Shown: one piece after another, positions 36,196 through 50,022 of the stretch | Layout of the letters: each line of letters begins with the position of its first letter | Position numbering within the stretch: the first letter of the stretch is position 1 | NCBI RefSeq assembly: GCF_003226565.1 | Contig: NZ_QKOE01000005.1 | Coordinates: forward strand, 46,846-110,845 | DNA: 64,000 nucleotides | Origin: Parazoarcus communis SWub3 = DSM 12120 | Lineage (GTDB): Bacteria; Pseudomonadota; Gammaproteobacteria; Burkholderiales; Rhodocyclaceae | Reading direction: 5' to 3' | Translations under genes and position numbers: made by a program | The notes under the pieces: model-generated | Told to the model about the DNA's origin: nothing | Seen by the model: the letters and a program-made list of their open reading frames with translations, nothing else | Databases searched by the model: none

Positions 36196-36747
36196 TCAGG
36201 CGTTCTTGCGTTTCTGCCACAGCACGTCGCCACGGCCCTCCGCGCGGTTGAGTACGCGGCCAAGCACGAACAGCAGGTCGGACAGGCGGTTCAGATACTG
36301 GCGCGGGCCGTCATTCACCGCTTCTTCCAGCGCCAGTGCGACCAAGGCGCGTTCGGCACGCCGGCAGACGGTACGGGCATGGTGGGCGAGGGCCGCGGCG
36401 CGGGTGCCGCCGGGCAGGATGAAGTCCTTCAGCGGCTCGAGCGGTTCGTTGAAGCTGTCGAGTTGTTCTTCGAGGTGCGTGACCTGCTTCTCGGTGATCA
36501 TGCTCATGCCCGGAATGCATACTTCACCACCAAGGTCGAACAGATCGTGCTGTACGTCGGTCAGCAGTTTGCATACTGCTTCGGGCAGCGCTTCGCACAG
36601 CAGCAAGCCGATGATGGCGTTGACCTCATCCACTTCGCCGAGCGCATGGATGCGCAGGCTGTTCTTGGACACCCGCTTGCCGTCGCCGAGGCCGGTGGTG
36701 CCGGCGTCGCCGGTGCGGGTGTAGATCTTGGAGAGGCGGTGTCCCAT
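36196..36747 (-). CDS. ATP:cob(I)alamin adenosyltransferase, PduO/MMAB type
   Basis: 183 aa. RTGDAGTTGL and the C-terminal helical bundle are PduO-type motifs. Confidence 0.8.
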   Translation of the reverse strand: MGHRLSKIYTRTGDAGTTGLGDGKRVSKNSLRIHALGEVDEVNAIIGLLLCEALPEAVCKLLTDVQHDLFDLGGEVCIPGMSMITEKQVTHLEEQLDSFNEPLEPLKDFILPGGTRAAALAHHARTVCRRAERALVALALEEAVNDGPRQYLNRLSDLLFVLGRVLNRAEGRGDVLWQKRKNA

Positions 36748-36914
36748 GGTGGTCTCTGTTGTTGGTTGACGTGTACGTCAATTATAGGGAATGCGCGCGC
36801 GCTTTGGCGGTTTGGACGCATCGTGCAATGGCTTGGTGTGGCGCCGGATTGACTTGCCTGATGGCCCGGCATACGATGCGATACGCCGTGTAATACAGCC
36901 CTGGAGCCTGCCTG

Positions 36915-37166
36915 ATGACCCTGTCGATTCGCCTCGATCCCGAACTCGAAGCCGAACTGGCGCGTGCGGCTGCGCAGACCGGGCTGAGCAAGAGCGAGTT
37001 GGTCAAGGCTGGGTTGAGGGAGTATCTCGCCCGGTTGAAGCCGCGGAAGACTCCTTATGAACTGGGAGCGGATCTGTTCGGGGGCACGCAGGCTGGTCCG
37101 GGTGATCTGGCGGCGCGGCGCAAGGCCTACCTTGCCGAGTCCTTGCGTGTGAAAAATGATCGTTGA
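36915..37166 (+). CDS. vapB: Ribbon-helix-helix antitoxin (VapB/CopG-like)
   Basis: 83 aa. MTLSIRLDPELEAELARAAAQTGLSKSELVKAGLREYL is a typical RHH. Overlaps the downstream PIN gene by 11 nt. Confidence 0.8.
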   Translation: MTLSIRLDPELEAELARAAAQTGLSKSELVKAGLREYLARLKPRKTPYELGADLFGGTQAGPGDLAARRKAYLAESLRVKNDR

Positions 37167-37569
37167 TGCGGGGCCGCTGATTGCCTTGTTCAACCCGGCG
37201 GACCGCGATCACGCGCGCTGCATCGGGTTTCTCAAGCAATGCGGGGCGACGCTGACGACGACGTGGCCGGTGCTGACTGAAGCCATGCACGTGCTGCGAT
37301 ACAGTCCCGATGCGCAGTTGCGCCTGCTCAACTGGGTGGAGCGGGGTGGATTGAGTGTGGCCGACCTCGATCCCGCCAGCATCGCCGGGTCGATCCGGCT
37401 GATGGACAGACACCCTGATCGTCCGATGGATCTTGCCGACGCGTCGGTGGTGTTGCTGGCGCTGCAGACCGGCTGCCGCGACGTGATGTCCATCGACAGT
37501 GATTTCGATCTCTACCGCCTGCCTGATGGTGGGTGGCTCAACAATGTTTTGCGTGACAATACGCACTGA
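37156..37569 (+). CDS. vapC: PIN-domain toxin VapC
   Basis: 137 aa. N-terminal IVDAGPLIAL with conserved acidic PIN residues (D5, E42, D103, D121-like). Confidence 0.8.
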   Translation: MIVDAGPLIALFNPADRDHARCIGFLKQCGATLTTTWPVLTEAMHVLRYSPDAQLRLLNWVERGGLSVADLDPASIAGSIRLMDRHPDRPMDLADASVVLLALQTGCRDVMSIDSDFDLYRLPDGGWLNNVLRDNTH

Positions 37570-37590
37570 AATCCCGCTACTGGAAACGCC

Positions 37591-40212
37591 ATGAAATCCG
37601 CCGAAATCCGCGACAAGTTCCTCAAGTTTTTCGAATCCAAAGGCCACCAGATCGTGGCGTCGAGTTCGCTCGTGCCGCACGACGATCCGACCCTGCTGTT
37701 TACCAATGCGGGCATGAATCAGTTCAAGGATGTGTTCCTTGGCTTTGACAAGCGTCCCTACACCCGCGCCACGACGTCGCAGAAATGCGTGCGCGCCGGT
37801 GGCAAGCACAACGACCTTGAAAACGTCGGCTACACCGCCCGCCATCACACCTTTTTCGAAATGCTGGGCAACTTCAGCTTTGGCGACTACTTCAAGCGTG
37901 ATGCGATCCGCTACGCCTGGGAGCTGCTGACCGAAGTCTTCAAGCTGCCCAAGGACAAGCTCTGGGTCACCGTCTATGCCGAGGACGACGAGGCCTACGA
38001 CATCTGGACCAAAGAGGTCGGGGTGCCGGCCGAGCGCGTGATCCGCATCGGTGACAACAAGGGGGCGCGCTACGCGTCGGACAACTTTTGGATGATGGGT
38101 GACACCGGCCCCTGCGGTCCGTGTACCGAGATCTTCTACGATCACGGCGAGCACATCTGGGGCGGCCCGCCGGGATCGCCCGAGGAGGACGGTGATCGCT
38201 ACATCGAGATCTGGAACAACGTGTTCATGCAGTTCAACCGCGACGAGGCCGGCGTGATGCATCCGCTGCCCAAGCCCTCGGTGGATACCGGCATGGGGCT
38301 GGAGCGGGTGTCCGCAGTACTGCAGGGCGTACACGCCAACTACGAGATCGACCTGTTCCAGAGCCTGATCAAGGCCGCTGCGCGCGAAACGTCGGATGCG
38401 GACATGGATTCGCCCTCGCTGAAGGTGCTGGCCGATCACATCCGCGCCTGCTCCTTCCTGATCGCCGACGGCGTCATTCCCGGCAACGAGGGGCGTGGCT
38501 ATGTGCTGCGCCGAATCATTCGCCGGGCCATCCGCCACGGTTACAAGCTGGGGGCTCGTGCGGCCTTCTTCCACAAACTGGTGCCCGACCTGGTGGCCGA
38601 GATGGGTGAGGCCTATCCCGAACTGAAGGCCGGCGAGCGTCGCGTGAGCGACGTGCTCCGTCAGGAGGAAGAGCGATTCTTTGCCACCATCGAGAACGGC
38701 ATGGCCATCGTCGAGGCCGAGCTCGACGCCATGGCCCAGGCGGGCAACAAGGTGTTCAACGGCGATACCGCGTTCAAACTGCACGACACCTACGGCTTCC
38801 CGCTGGATCTGACCGCCGACATCTGTCGCGAACGTGAAGTCACCGTCGATGCGGCAGCCTTCGATGCCGCCATGGCGCGGCAGAAGGAGCAGGCGCGTGC
38901 TGCGGGCAAGTTCAAGATGGCTGCCAATCTGGAATACGATGGCCCCGCCACGGCTTTCCACGGATATGAGCGCCTGGAAGAAAAAGGCAACATCCTGGCG
39001 TTGTACAAGGATGGTGCGGCGGTCAACGAACTGGTCGAAGGCGATTTCGGTGTCGTCGTGCTGGATAGCACTCCTTTCTACGCAGAATCCGGTGGTCAGG
39101 TTGGCGATCGTGGTGAACTGAAGGGAAGCGCCGGCATCTTTGCGGTGGAAGATACGCAGAAGGTGCAGGCCGCGGTGTTCGGCCACCACGGCGTGGTCAA
39201 GACCGGTCGTATCGCGGTCGGACAGGGTGTGACCGCCCGCGTCGATGTCGCGGCCCGTGCCGCCACCGCGCGCAATCACTCGGTGACCCACCTGATGCAC
39301 AAGGCATTGCGTGAGGTGCTCGGCAGTCACGTGCAGCAGAAGGGCTCGCAGGTTGATCCGGACAAGACCCGTTTTGACTTCGCCCACACCGCGCCGCTGA
39401 CCGCTGAGGAGATCCGCGAGGTCGAAGAGATCGTCAATGCCGAGATCCTCGCCAATGCGGCAACCGACGCTTCGGTGATGGCGCTGGAGGATGCGCAGAA
39501 GACCGGCGCGATGATGCTGTTCGGCGAGAAGTACGCCGATGAAGTGCGGGTACTGACCATCGGTTCGTCCAAGGAACTTTGCGGCGGCACACATGTGAGC
39601 CGTACCGGTGACATCGGCCTGTTCAAGATCGTTGTCGAAGGTGGTGTTGCAGCTGGCGTGCGCCGGGTTGAGGCGGTGACCGGCGAGAACGCGCTGCGTT
39701 ATGCACAGGAGCAGGAGCGCCGTGTGCAGGGCGTATCCGCACTGCTGAAGGTGCAGCCGGAAGAAGTGGCCGAGCGTGTTGCCGGTATCCTGGACAACGT
39801 CCGCGTGCTGGAAAAGGAACTCGCCCGCCTGAAGTCCAAGCTTGCCGCCAGTCAGGGCGATGACCTGGTGGCGCAGGCTGTCGAGGTGAACGGTATCAAG
39901 GTACTGGCGGCCACGCTGGACGGCGCAGATCTACCGACCTTGCGCGAGACCATGGACAAGCTCAAGGACAAGCTCAAGACGGCAGCCATCGTGCTGGGCT
40001 CGGTCGCCGATGGCAAGGTGTCGCTGATCGCCGGGGTGACGGCGGACTCGACGGCCAAGGTCAAGGCGGGCGAACTGGTGAACTTTGTTGCCCAGCAAGT
40101 GGGTGGCAAGGGCGGCGGCCGTCCGGACATGGCCCAGGCCGGCGGTACCGAGCCTGACAAGCTGCCGGCCGCACTGGCCGCAGTGGCCGGCTGGGTGGGC
40201 GGCAAGCTGTAA
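37591..40212 (+). CDS. alaS: Alanine--tRNA ligase
   Basis: 873 aa. Full-length match to AlaS (e.g. [10 protein letters not shown], the C-terminal editing domain and the DHHA1 domain). Confidence 0.95.
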   Translation: MKSAEIRDKFLKFFESKGHQIVASSSLVPHDDPTLLFTNAGMNQFKDVFLGFDKRPYTRATTSQKCVRAGGKHNDLENVGYTARHHTFFEMLGNFSFGDYFKRDAIRYAWELLTEVFKLPKDKLWVTVYAEDDEAYDIWTKEVGVPAERVIRIGDNKGARYASDNFWMMGDTGPCGPCTEIFYDHGEHIWGGPPGSPEEDGDRYIEIWNNVFMQFNRDEAGVMHPLPKPSVDTGMGLERVSAVLQGVHANYEIDLFQSLIKAAARETSDADMDSPSLKVLADHIRACSFLIADGVIPGNEGRGYVLRRIIRRAIRHGYKLGARAAFFHKLVPDLVAEMGEAYPELKAGERRVSDVLRQEEERFFATIENGMAIVEAELDAMAQAGNKVFNGDTAFKLHDTYGFPLDLTADICREREVTVDAAAFDAAMARQKEQARAAGKFKMAANLEYDGPATAFHGYERLEEKGNILALYKDGAAVNELVEGDFGVVVLDSTPFYAESGGQVGDRGELKGSAGIFAVEDTQKVQAAVFGHHGVVKTGRIAVGQGVTARVDVAARAATARNHSVTHLMHKALREVLGSHVQQKGSQVDPDKTRFDFAHTAPLTAEEIREVEEIVNAEILANAATDASVMALEDAQKTGAMMLFGEKYADEVRVLTIGSSKELCGGTHVSRTGDIGLFKIVVEGGVAAGVRRVEAVTGENALRYAQEQERRVQGVSALLKVQPEEVAERVAGILDNVRVLEKELARLKSKLAASQGDDLVAQAVEVNGIKVLAATLDGADLPTLRETMDKLKDKLKTAAIVLGSVADGKVSLIAGVTADSTAKVKAGELVNFVAQQVGGKGGGRPDMAQAGGTEPDKLPAALAAVAGWVGGKL

Positions 40213-40223
40213 AGGGTACGCCC

Positions 40224-40295
40224 GGGATCACGCCGGTTCAGGCGTGATCCATAAACAGAAACGGCAGCGGGTTTGAACCGGCTGCCGTTTTTTTA
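40224..40295. terminator. Tandem hairpins after alaS: GGATCACGCC-GGTTCA-GGCGTGATCC, then ACGGCAGCGGG-TTTGAA-CCGGCTGCCGT followed by TTTTTTT. Probably bidirectional, serving alaS (+) and hemF (-).
   Basis: Read directly from the sequence. The second hairpin is followed by a 7-T run and preceded by an A-rich run. Confidence 0.65.
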
Positions 40296-40308
40296 TGCGC
40301 CCTGTCGC

Positions 40309-41222
40309 TCAGACCCAATCTCGTGGCTGCAGGAAAACCTCGTACAGCTGCGCTTCGGGTGAGCCGGCTTCGGGGTGCCAGTCGTAGCGCCAGTGCACCA
40401 CCGGGGGCATGGACATCAGGATGGATTCGGTACGGCCACCGGACTGCAGGCCGAACAAGGTGCCACGGTCGAACACCAGGTTGAATTCGACATAGCGGCC
40501 GCGGCGGTAGGACTGGAACTCGCGTTCGCGTTCGCCATAGCTGTCGTGACGGCGGCGTTCGACGATGGGCAGATACGCGTCGAGGAAGGCGTCTCCCACC
40601 GAGCGGGTGAGACCAAACGCAGTATCGAATGGCGTGTGTCCATCGGCGCCAAGATCGTCAAAGAACAGGCCGCCGACGCCACGTGGCTCGTTACGGTGCT
40701 TCAGGAAGAAGTAACGATCGCACCATTCCTTGAGCCGGCGGTGTTCGGCGTCGCCGCCAAACGGCAGCACCGCTTGCCGGCAGACCGTATGAAAGTGGCG
40801 GACGTCGTCTTCGTTGGCGTAGTAGGGGGTCAGGTCCATGCCGCCGCCAAACCACCATACCGGCGCCTTGCCTTCTGCCAGCGCAACGAAGCAGCGCACG
40901 TTCATGTGTACCGTGGGGCAGTAGGGATTGCGCGGGTGCAGTACCAGCGACACGCCCATGGCCTCGAAGCGGCGGCCGGCAAGCTCCGGTCGGTGTGCGG
41001 TCGCTGATGCCGGCATGCCATCGCCCATGACATGGGAGAAGTTGACCCCGCCGCGTTCGAAGAACTGGCCGTCTTCGATGACTCGTGTCAGTCCGCCTCC
41101 ACCGCCAGGGCGCTCCCAGCCGTCGGCGCGGAAGGCCAGGCCGTCGAAGGCTTCCAGCTCGCTGACGATGCGCGCCTGCAGCCCCGTGAAATACTGCTTG
41201 ATGGTGACGAGGTCGATGCTCA
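40309..41222 (-). CDS. hemF: Oxygen-dependent coproporphyrinogen-III oxidase HemF
   Basis: Strong full-length alignment to E. coli HemF ([38 protein letters not shown]). Confidence 0.9.
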
Positions 41223-41228
41223 TCCGGA

Positions 41229-42506
<1,278 letters not shown>

Positions 42507-42519
42507 TAGGCGCTCCGGA

Positions 42520-44115
42520 TCAGTGACGGAAGTGGCGGAAGCCGGTGAACACCATGGCGATGTTCTGTTCGTCCGCGGCGGCGATCACTTCGGCGTCGCG
42601 CATCGAACCCCCCGGCTGGATCACGGCAGTGGCACCGGCCTGAGCCAGCACGTCCAGACCGTCACGGAAGGGGAAGAATGCGTCTGATGCGACCACGCAA
42701 CCGGGAATCGACAGACCGGCGTTCTCGGCCTTGATCTTGGCAATGCGGGCGGAATCCACCCGGCTCATCTGCCCGGCACCGACGCCAATGGTCATGCCGT
42801 CCTTGCAATAGACGATGGCGTTGGACTTCACGTACTTGGCCACGCGCCAGGCGAACAGCATGTCGCGCATCTCGGTCTCGGTTGGCGCGCGCTTGGTGAC
42901 CACCTTCAGGTCAACGAGCTGGATACGGGCTTCGTCAGCGCTCTGCACCAGCAGGCCGCCGCCCACGCGCTTGTAGTCGAATGCGCCTGCAGGCTGACCC
43001 AGCGGGCAGGTCAGCACGCGCACGTTCTGCTTGGCACGCAGCAACTCCAGTGCGTCGGCAGTGTAGGACGGGGCGATCAGCACTTCGAGGAACTGGGCCG
43101 ACACCGCTTCGGCTGCGGCACGGTCAACTTCGACGTTGAAGGCAATGATGCCGCCAAAGGCCGAGGTCGGATCGGTGGAGAAGGCCTTCTTGTAAGCTTC
43201 CAGAGGGCTCGTGCCGAGTGCGACGCCACAGGGGTTGGCGTGCTTGACGATCACGCAGGCGGCGTTTGCCGTGTCCCTGTCGAAGGCTTTCACGCATTCC
43301 CAGGCCGCATCTGCGTCGGCGATGTTGTTGTAGGACAGCTCCTTGCCCTGCAACTGGGTATAGCTGGCGATACCGCCTTCAGCGGCGTTGGGTTCCTTGT
43401 AGAAGGCTGCGCTCTGATGCGGGTTCTCGCCGTAGCGCAGGTTCTGCACCTTGTCGAAGGCGAGCTGAAAGCGTTCCGGGTAGGTCTGCCGGGACACGTC
43501 ACCTGCATCGTTGGTGACCAGCGCGGTCAGGTGGTTGGAGATTGCCGAATCGTAGCGTGCGGTGTGGGTGAATGCCTTGACTGCCAGTGCGAAGCGGGTC
43601 TTGTAGGACAGTTTGCCGGCGTTGGCCTTGAGCTCGGCGATGATACCGGCGTAGTCGTCCGGGTCGGTGACGATGCCGACACCACCGGCTTCGTCGCCAT
43701 GGTTCTTGGCGGCTGCGCGAACCATGGTCGGGCCGCCGATATCGATGTTCTCGATGGCGTCTTCCAGCGTGCAATCGGGGCGGGCCACGGTGGCCTGGAA
43801 AGGATAGAGGTTGACCACGACCAGATCGATGCGGCTGATGTCGTGGGCGGCGATGGTCTGCATGTGTTCGGCCAGGTCGCGGCGGGCGAGGATGCCGCCA
43901 TGGACCTTGGGATGCAGGGTCTTGACCCGGCCATCGAGCATTTCGGGAAAGCCGGTGTGCTCGGAAACATCGGTCACCTCGAGGCCGGCTTCGCGCAGCA
44001 GGGTGGCGGTGCCGCCGGTGGACAGGAGCTTGACGCCGAGTCCGGCCAGTTCACGGGCAAATTCGAGGGCGCCGCGCTTGTCGGAGACGCTGATCAGGGC
44101 TTGGGTGACGTTCAT
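42520..44115 (-). CDS. purH: Bifunctional AICAR transformylase / IMP cyclohydrolase PurH
   Basis: 531 aa. N-terminal [15 protein letters not shown] and a C-terminal HFRH motif. Confidence 0.95.
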   Translation of the reverse strand: MNVTQALISVSDKRGALEFARELAGLGVKLLSTGGTATLLREAGLEVTDVSEHTGFPEMLDGRVKTLHPKVHGGILARRDLAEHMQTIAAHDISRIDLVVVNLYPFQATVARPDCTLEDAIENIDIGGPTMVRAAAKNHGDEAGGVGIVTDPDDYAGIIAELKANAGKLSYKTRFALAVKAFTHTARYDSAISNHLTALVTNDAGDVSRQTYPERFQLAFDKVQNLRYGENPHQSAAFYKEPNAAEGGIASYTQLQGKELSYNNIADADAAWECVKAFDRDTANAACVIVKHANPCGVALGTSPLEAYKKAFSTDPTSAFGGIIAFNVEVDRAAAEAVSAQFLEVLIAPSYTADALELLRAKQNVRVLTCPLGQPAGAFDYKRVGGGLLVQSADEARIQLVDLKVVTKRAPTETEMRDMLFAWRVAKYVKSNAIVYCKDGMTIGVGAGQMSRVDSARIAKIKAENAGLSIPGCVVASDAFFPFRDGLDVLAQAGATAVIQPGGSMRDAEVIAAADEQNIAMVFTGFRHFRH

Positions 44116-44189
44116 CTTGAGATCTTGCAGAAGGATGTGAATCGGAAAACTGGGTATGGCGTCCCGGCGCGGGCCCCTGCGACGGAGAC

Positions 44190-44426
44190 TCAGAGCAGGT
44201 CGTAATCGGTCAGCTTGCGGCGCAGTGTGTTCCGGTTGATGCCGAGCATGTCGGCGGCCACGGTCTGATTGCCCTTGGCTTGCTGCAGCACGAATTCGAG
44301 CATCGGCCGCTCGACGTTGCGGATCACCATGTCGTAGATCGCAGCCGGCTTCTCACCGTCAAGGTCGCGAAAATACTGATCGAGGGTCCGGAAGACGGAG
44401 TCGGCGATTTCGTTGCTGCGGCTCAT
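44190..44426 (-). CDS. fis: DNA-binding protein Fis
   Basis: 78 aa. C-terminal [24 protein letters not shown]. Classic dusB-fis operon with a 4-nt overlap. Confidence 0.95.
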   Translation of the reverse strand: MSRSNEIADSVFRTLDQYFRDLDGEKPAAIYDMVIRNVERPMLEFVLQQAKGNQTVAADMLGINRNTLRRKLTDYDLL

Positions 44427-45457
44427 GCGGCGAGTTCCTGAGGCTGTTCTTCTTCGTAGCGCAGACGGGTGTCGGCATCCGCAAGCTGGCCAAAGAAGTC
44501 GTCGACGGCCGCGAGCTGGGCCGGAATGTCGGGTAGCTGGTTCATTGCCCGGCGGAATGCCGCCGAGCCGACCAGACCCTTGGTGTACCAGGAGATGTGC
44601 TTGCGCGCGATCTTGACCCCGGTGTCTTCGCCGTAGAAGGCGTACAGGTCGGCCAGGTGTTCGCGGCAGACCTGATGGATTTCGGTGACCAGCGGTGCAG
44701 GAAGCAGTTCGCCGGTGGCAAGGAAATGCTCGATTTCACGGAAGATCCAGGGCCGGCCCTGCGCTGCACGACCGATCATGACACCGTCCGCACCGGTGTA
44801 ATCCAGCACGAACTTGGCCTTCTGCGGGGTGGTGATGTCACCGTTGGCGATCACCGGGATCTTCACCAGCGTCTTGACGTGGGCGATGGTGTCGTACTCG
44901 GCCTCACCCGTGTATTGGTCGGCGCGGGTGCGGCCATGAATGGCAATGGCACGGATGCCCGATTCCTCGGCAATGCGCGCAATGACCGGTGCGTTCTTGT
45001 TGTCGCGGTTCCAGCCGGTGCGGAACTTGAGCGTGACGGGCGTGCCTGGCACGGCCGCGACCACCGCCTCGAGAATGCGCGCGACCAGCGGCTCGTCCTG
45101 CATCAGCGCAGAACCTGCCATCACGTTGCACACCTTCTTGGCCGGGCAACCCATGTTGATGTCAATGATCTGGGCGCCGCGGTCGGCGTTGTGACGCGCG
45201 GCTTCTGCCATCATCGCCGGATCGGCGCCGGCAATCTGTACCGAGATCGGGTCTACCTCGCCGTCATGGTTGGCCCGACGCTGGGTTTTTGCGCTGCCGT
45301 ACAGCAGCGAATTGGACGTGACCATCTCGGACACGGCAACGCCCGCCCCCAGTTTTTTGCACAACTGGCGGAAAGGCCGATCCGTCACGCCGGCCATCGG
45401 TGCAACGAAGAGATTGTTACGTAAGGTGAAACCGGCGAACTGCATGGGTGGGGGCAA
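44423..45457 (-). CDS. dusB: tRNA-dihydrouridine synthase B
   Basis: 344 aa. Dus TIM-barrel motifs. Sits immediately upstream of fis. Confidence 0.9.
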   Translation of the reverse strand: MPPPMQFAGFTLRNNLFVAPMAGVTDRPFRQLCKKLGAGVAVSEMVTSNSLLYGSAKTQRRANHDGEVDPISVQIAGADPAMMAEAARHNADRGAQIIDINMGCPAKKVCNVMAGSALMQDEPLVARILEAVVAAVPGTPVTLKFRTGWNRDNKNAPVIARIAEESGIRAIAIHGRTRADQYTGEAEYDTIAHVKTLVKIPVIANGDITTPQKAKFVLDYTGADGVMIGRAAQGRPWIFREIEHFLATGELLPAPLVTEIHQVCREHLADLYAFYGEDTGVKIARKHISWYTKGLVGSAAFRRAMNQLPDIPAQLAAVDDFFGQLADADTRLRYEEEQPQELAA

Positions 45458-45641
45458 TGCGGGAAAAGGACGGCATTTTACCCCATGGAGCCTATGCTGG
45501 GGGTGCGCAAAACTTCCGCATCGATCTGCTGTGCGTGCGAATCATGCAACGGCGGGTGGGTTCATGCCGCGCCTGCCTGCATCGGTGGGGGTGTGCCCGC
45601 CTGCGGTCACGACCTGCACACGACAGCTCGCCCACGCGTTT

Positions 45642-46796
45642 TCACGGCCAGGCGCGTGCTCCAAACATCATCCGCTTGGCAATGAAATGGCGCAGCGGTG
45701 GGCAGATGTCGAGTGCGAACAGGCCGGCACCACGGGCATGGCGCAGCGGTGCGATGTCATTGCTGAACAGCCGGACAAGCCCATCGGTGAAGCGGATGGT
45801 GCCCAGGCGGTCAAGCCCGCGTGCCCCTTGGTAAGCCGACAATACTGCATGGCTGCCGGGGTCGCTGGTGTGGCCCAGCACGGCCTGCGCGAGGGCATGA
45901 ACGTCGCGCAATGCCAGATTGAAACCTTGGCCGGCAACCGGGTGCAGGGTCTGCGCCGCGTTACCCAGCCAGACTGTGCGCTGGCCTGTCGGCTTGCGGC
46001 GGTAACGCAACAGCAAGGGGTAGCGCAGGCGATCGGTGATGCCCTCGAGTTGCACGCGTTGGCCGATGGTGTGCTGCAGCAGGGCGAGATAGCGGGCGTC
46101 GTCGAGGGCCAGCATCTGGTCCGCACGCTGCTCGTCGACGACGTGCACCACGGCATAGCCCTGGCCACAGGGCAGTAGTGCCATCGGGCCGCTGGCCGTG
46201 AAGCGTTCGAAAGCGGTGTGCCGGTGTCCGCCGTGACTGCCGACCTGGGCAATCAGGGCGTGCTGGTGGTAGTCGTGCTCGACGACCTCGGGGTCGTCCT
46301 GCGCCATGCCGCCTTCGGCGCAGGCTGCCAGGCGGGCGTAGCGCGTGCTTGCGTGCTGGCCCCTCAGACTGATCGCAACGTCGGTGGCCGTCGGTGCAAG
46401 GCGGGTGACTTCGGTGTTGTCCAGGATGGTGATGCCGGCGCGCTCCACCGCTGTGCGCAGCGCCTTGGCCAGCCCGCCGGCTGGCAGCACATGGCCCAGG
46501 GCAGGCAGGTCGTAGTCGTCGGCCTGCAGGCAGGTGCGGCCGAAGCTGCCTTGCTGCGAGATGTGGATGGTGCGGATGTCGGTGGGCGAGAGTGTCTGCC
46601 AGACGCCAAGCTGCTCAAGCGTCAAGCGGGTACCGTGGGACAACGCGAGAACGCGCGGGTCGGCCGCTGCCGCATCGGCTGGCCGGGTGTCGGCCAGCAC
46701 GATGTCCAGCCCGGCATCCTTCAGGCTCAGGGCCAGCGCCAGCCCGACCGGGCCAGCGCCGACAATCAGCAGGTCATGTTGCTGCATGGGCGGCAT
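45642..46796 (-). CDS. ubiH: FAD-dependent ubiquinone biosynthesis hydroxylase (UbiH/UbiF/UbiI family; ubiH by synteny with pepP)
   Basis: LLIVGAGPVGLALAL Rossmann motif. Sequence resembles UbiH/VisC. The pepP-ubiH linkage is the same as in E. coli. Confidence 0.7.
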   Translation of the reverse strand: MPPMQQHDLLIVGAGPVGLALALSLKDAGLDIVLADTRPADAAAADPRVLALSHGTRLTLEQLGVWQTLSPTDIRTIHISQQGSFGRTCLQADDYDLPALGHVLPAGGLAKALRTAVERAGITILDNTEVTRLAPTATDVAISLRGQHASTRYARLAACAEGGMAQDDPEVVEHDYHQHALIAQVGSHGGHRHTAFERFTASGPMALLPCGQGYAVVHVVDEQRADQMLALDDARYLALLQHTIGQRVQLEGITDRLRYPLLLRYRRKPTGQRTVWLGNAAQTLHPVAGQGFNLALRDVHALAQAVLGHTSDPGSHAVLSAYQGARGLDRLGTIRFTDGLVRLFSNDIAPLRHARGAGLFALDICPPLRHFIAKRMMFGARAWP

Positions 46797-48126
46797 CCCG
46801 CATCAGGGCTTCGATGTCGTCGATCTCGCGCGGTACGCCGTCAGTGAGATAGTCGCAGCCGTTCTCGGTGACCAGCGCGTCATCCTCGATGCGGATGCCG
46901 ATATTCCAGAATGCTTCCGGTACGTCGGCGGCCGGGCGGATGTAGCAGCCGGGTTCGATGGTCAGCACCATGCCCGGCAGCAGCGGACGCCATTCGCCGC
47001 CGAGCTTGTATTCGCCCGCATCGTGGACATCCATGCCCAGCCAGTGGCCGGTGCGGTGCATGTAGAAACGGCGATAGTCGCCCTTTTCCATGACTTCGTC
47101 GAAGCTGCCCTTGAGCAGGCCAAGATCGATCATGCCGCGGGCCAGCACGGCTACTGCGGCCTCGTGGGGTTGATTCCAGTGGGCGCCGGGTCTGACTGCC
47201 GCGCGTGCAGCATGCTGGGCGGCGAGCACCAGCGCGTAGACGTCGCGTTGCGGGCCGCTGAAGTGGCCATTGACCGGGAAGGTACGGGTAATGTCAGAGG
47301 CGTAGCCATCGAGTTCGCAGCCAGCGTCGATCAGCAGCAGGTCGCCGTCACGCAGCAGGCAGTTGTTCTCGATGTAATGCAGCACGCAGGCATTGCCGCC
47401 ACCCGCAACGATCGAAGTGTAGGCCGGGGCCTGGCTGCCTGCCGCACGGAAGGTGCGCAGCAGTTCGGCTTCGATTTCGTACTCGTGCCGTCCCGGGCGG
47501 GTCTGCTGCATCGCCCGGCAGTGTGCCTCTGCCGAGATCTGGCCGGCGCGGCGCATCAGTGCGATCTCGCTGGTGTCCTTGATCAGGCGCATTTCGTCCA
47601 GTTCGGCGCGCAGGTCGCGCACCGAATGCGGCGGCGTGATGCCGGTACGGGCGTTGGCGCGGACGGTGTTGAGCGCGCTCATGACCTTGCCGTCCCAGTC
47701 GTTGTCGTAGCCCAGACCGCACCACAGCATTGGCTGGTTGGCCAGGAAGTCGGGCAGGCGGCGCTCGAGGTCGCCGATGGTCCAGGCTTCGTCAAAGCCA
47801 AACAGTGCGGCAGCGGCCTCTGGGCCATAGCGGAAGCCGTCCCAGATCTCGCGCTCTTCGTCTTTCTGGCGGCAGAACAGGATCTGCTTCGGCGTGGCGC
47901 CCGCAACCAGGACCAGCACGGCTTCCGGTTCGTGAAAGCCGGTCAGGTAGTAGAAGTAACTGTCGTGCCGGTACGGGTAGTGGGTGTCCCGGTTGCGTGC
48001 GCGTTCCGGTGCCGTTGGCAGGATGGCAACGCCGCCGCCATTGGCTACCATGTGGGCGAGCAGGCGTTCGCGCCGGGCGCGGAAGGGCGTGGTGTCGAGC
48101 TTGAGGGGTTCGTTCAGGGCGTTCAT
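46774..48126 (-). CDS. pepP: Xaa-Pro aminopeptidase PepP (M24B)
   Basis: N-terminal creatinase-like domain plus the pita-bread fold. Conserved HxxGHxLGxxVHD region. Confidence 0.85.
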   Translation of the reverse strand: MNALNEPLKLDTTPFRARRERLLAHMVANGGGVAILPTAPERARNRDTHYPYRHDSYFYYLTGFHEPEAVLVLVAGATPKQILFCRQKDEEREIWDGFRYGPEAAAALFGFDEAWTIGDLERRLPDFLANQPMLWCGLGYDNDWDGKVMSALNTVRANARTGITPPHSVRDLRAELDEMRLIKDTSEIALMRRAGQISAEAHCRAMQQTRPGRHEYEIEAELLRTFRAAGSQAPAYTSIVAGGGNACVLHYIENNCLLRDGDLLLIDAGCELDGYASDITRTFPVNGHFSGPQRDVYALVLAAQHAARAAVRPGAHWNQPHEAAVAVLARGMIDLGLLKGSFDEVMEKGDYRRFYMHRTGHWLGMDVHDAGEYKLGGEWRPLLPGMVLTIEPGCYIRPAADVPEAFWNIGIRIEDDALVTENGCDYLTDGVPREIDDIEALMRDAAHAAT

Positions 48127-48205
48127 GTGCTGAATTATGACATGGCTGGCAGGTGGCAATTCGACCGTGCTTGCGGCATACAGTGCCGGAGACAGTGGTC
48201 AGGGC

Positions 48206-49926
<1,721 letters not shown>

Positions 49927-50022
49927 GCGGGTTCTCCGCGATCGTTCGTGTAGAATTCGCGAGTTTATCAATACGACTGCCTGTGCGGGCAGTCGCTTAC
50001 CTTCTGCCGAACGGGGATCGCT

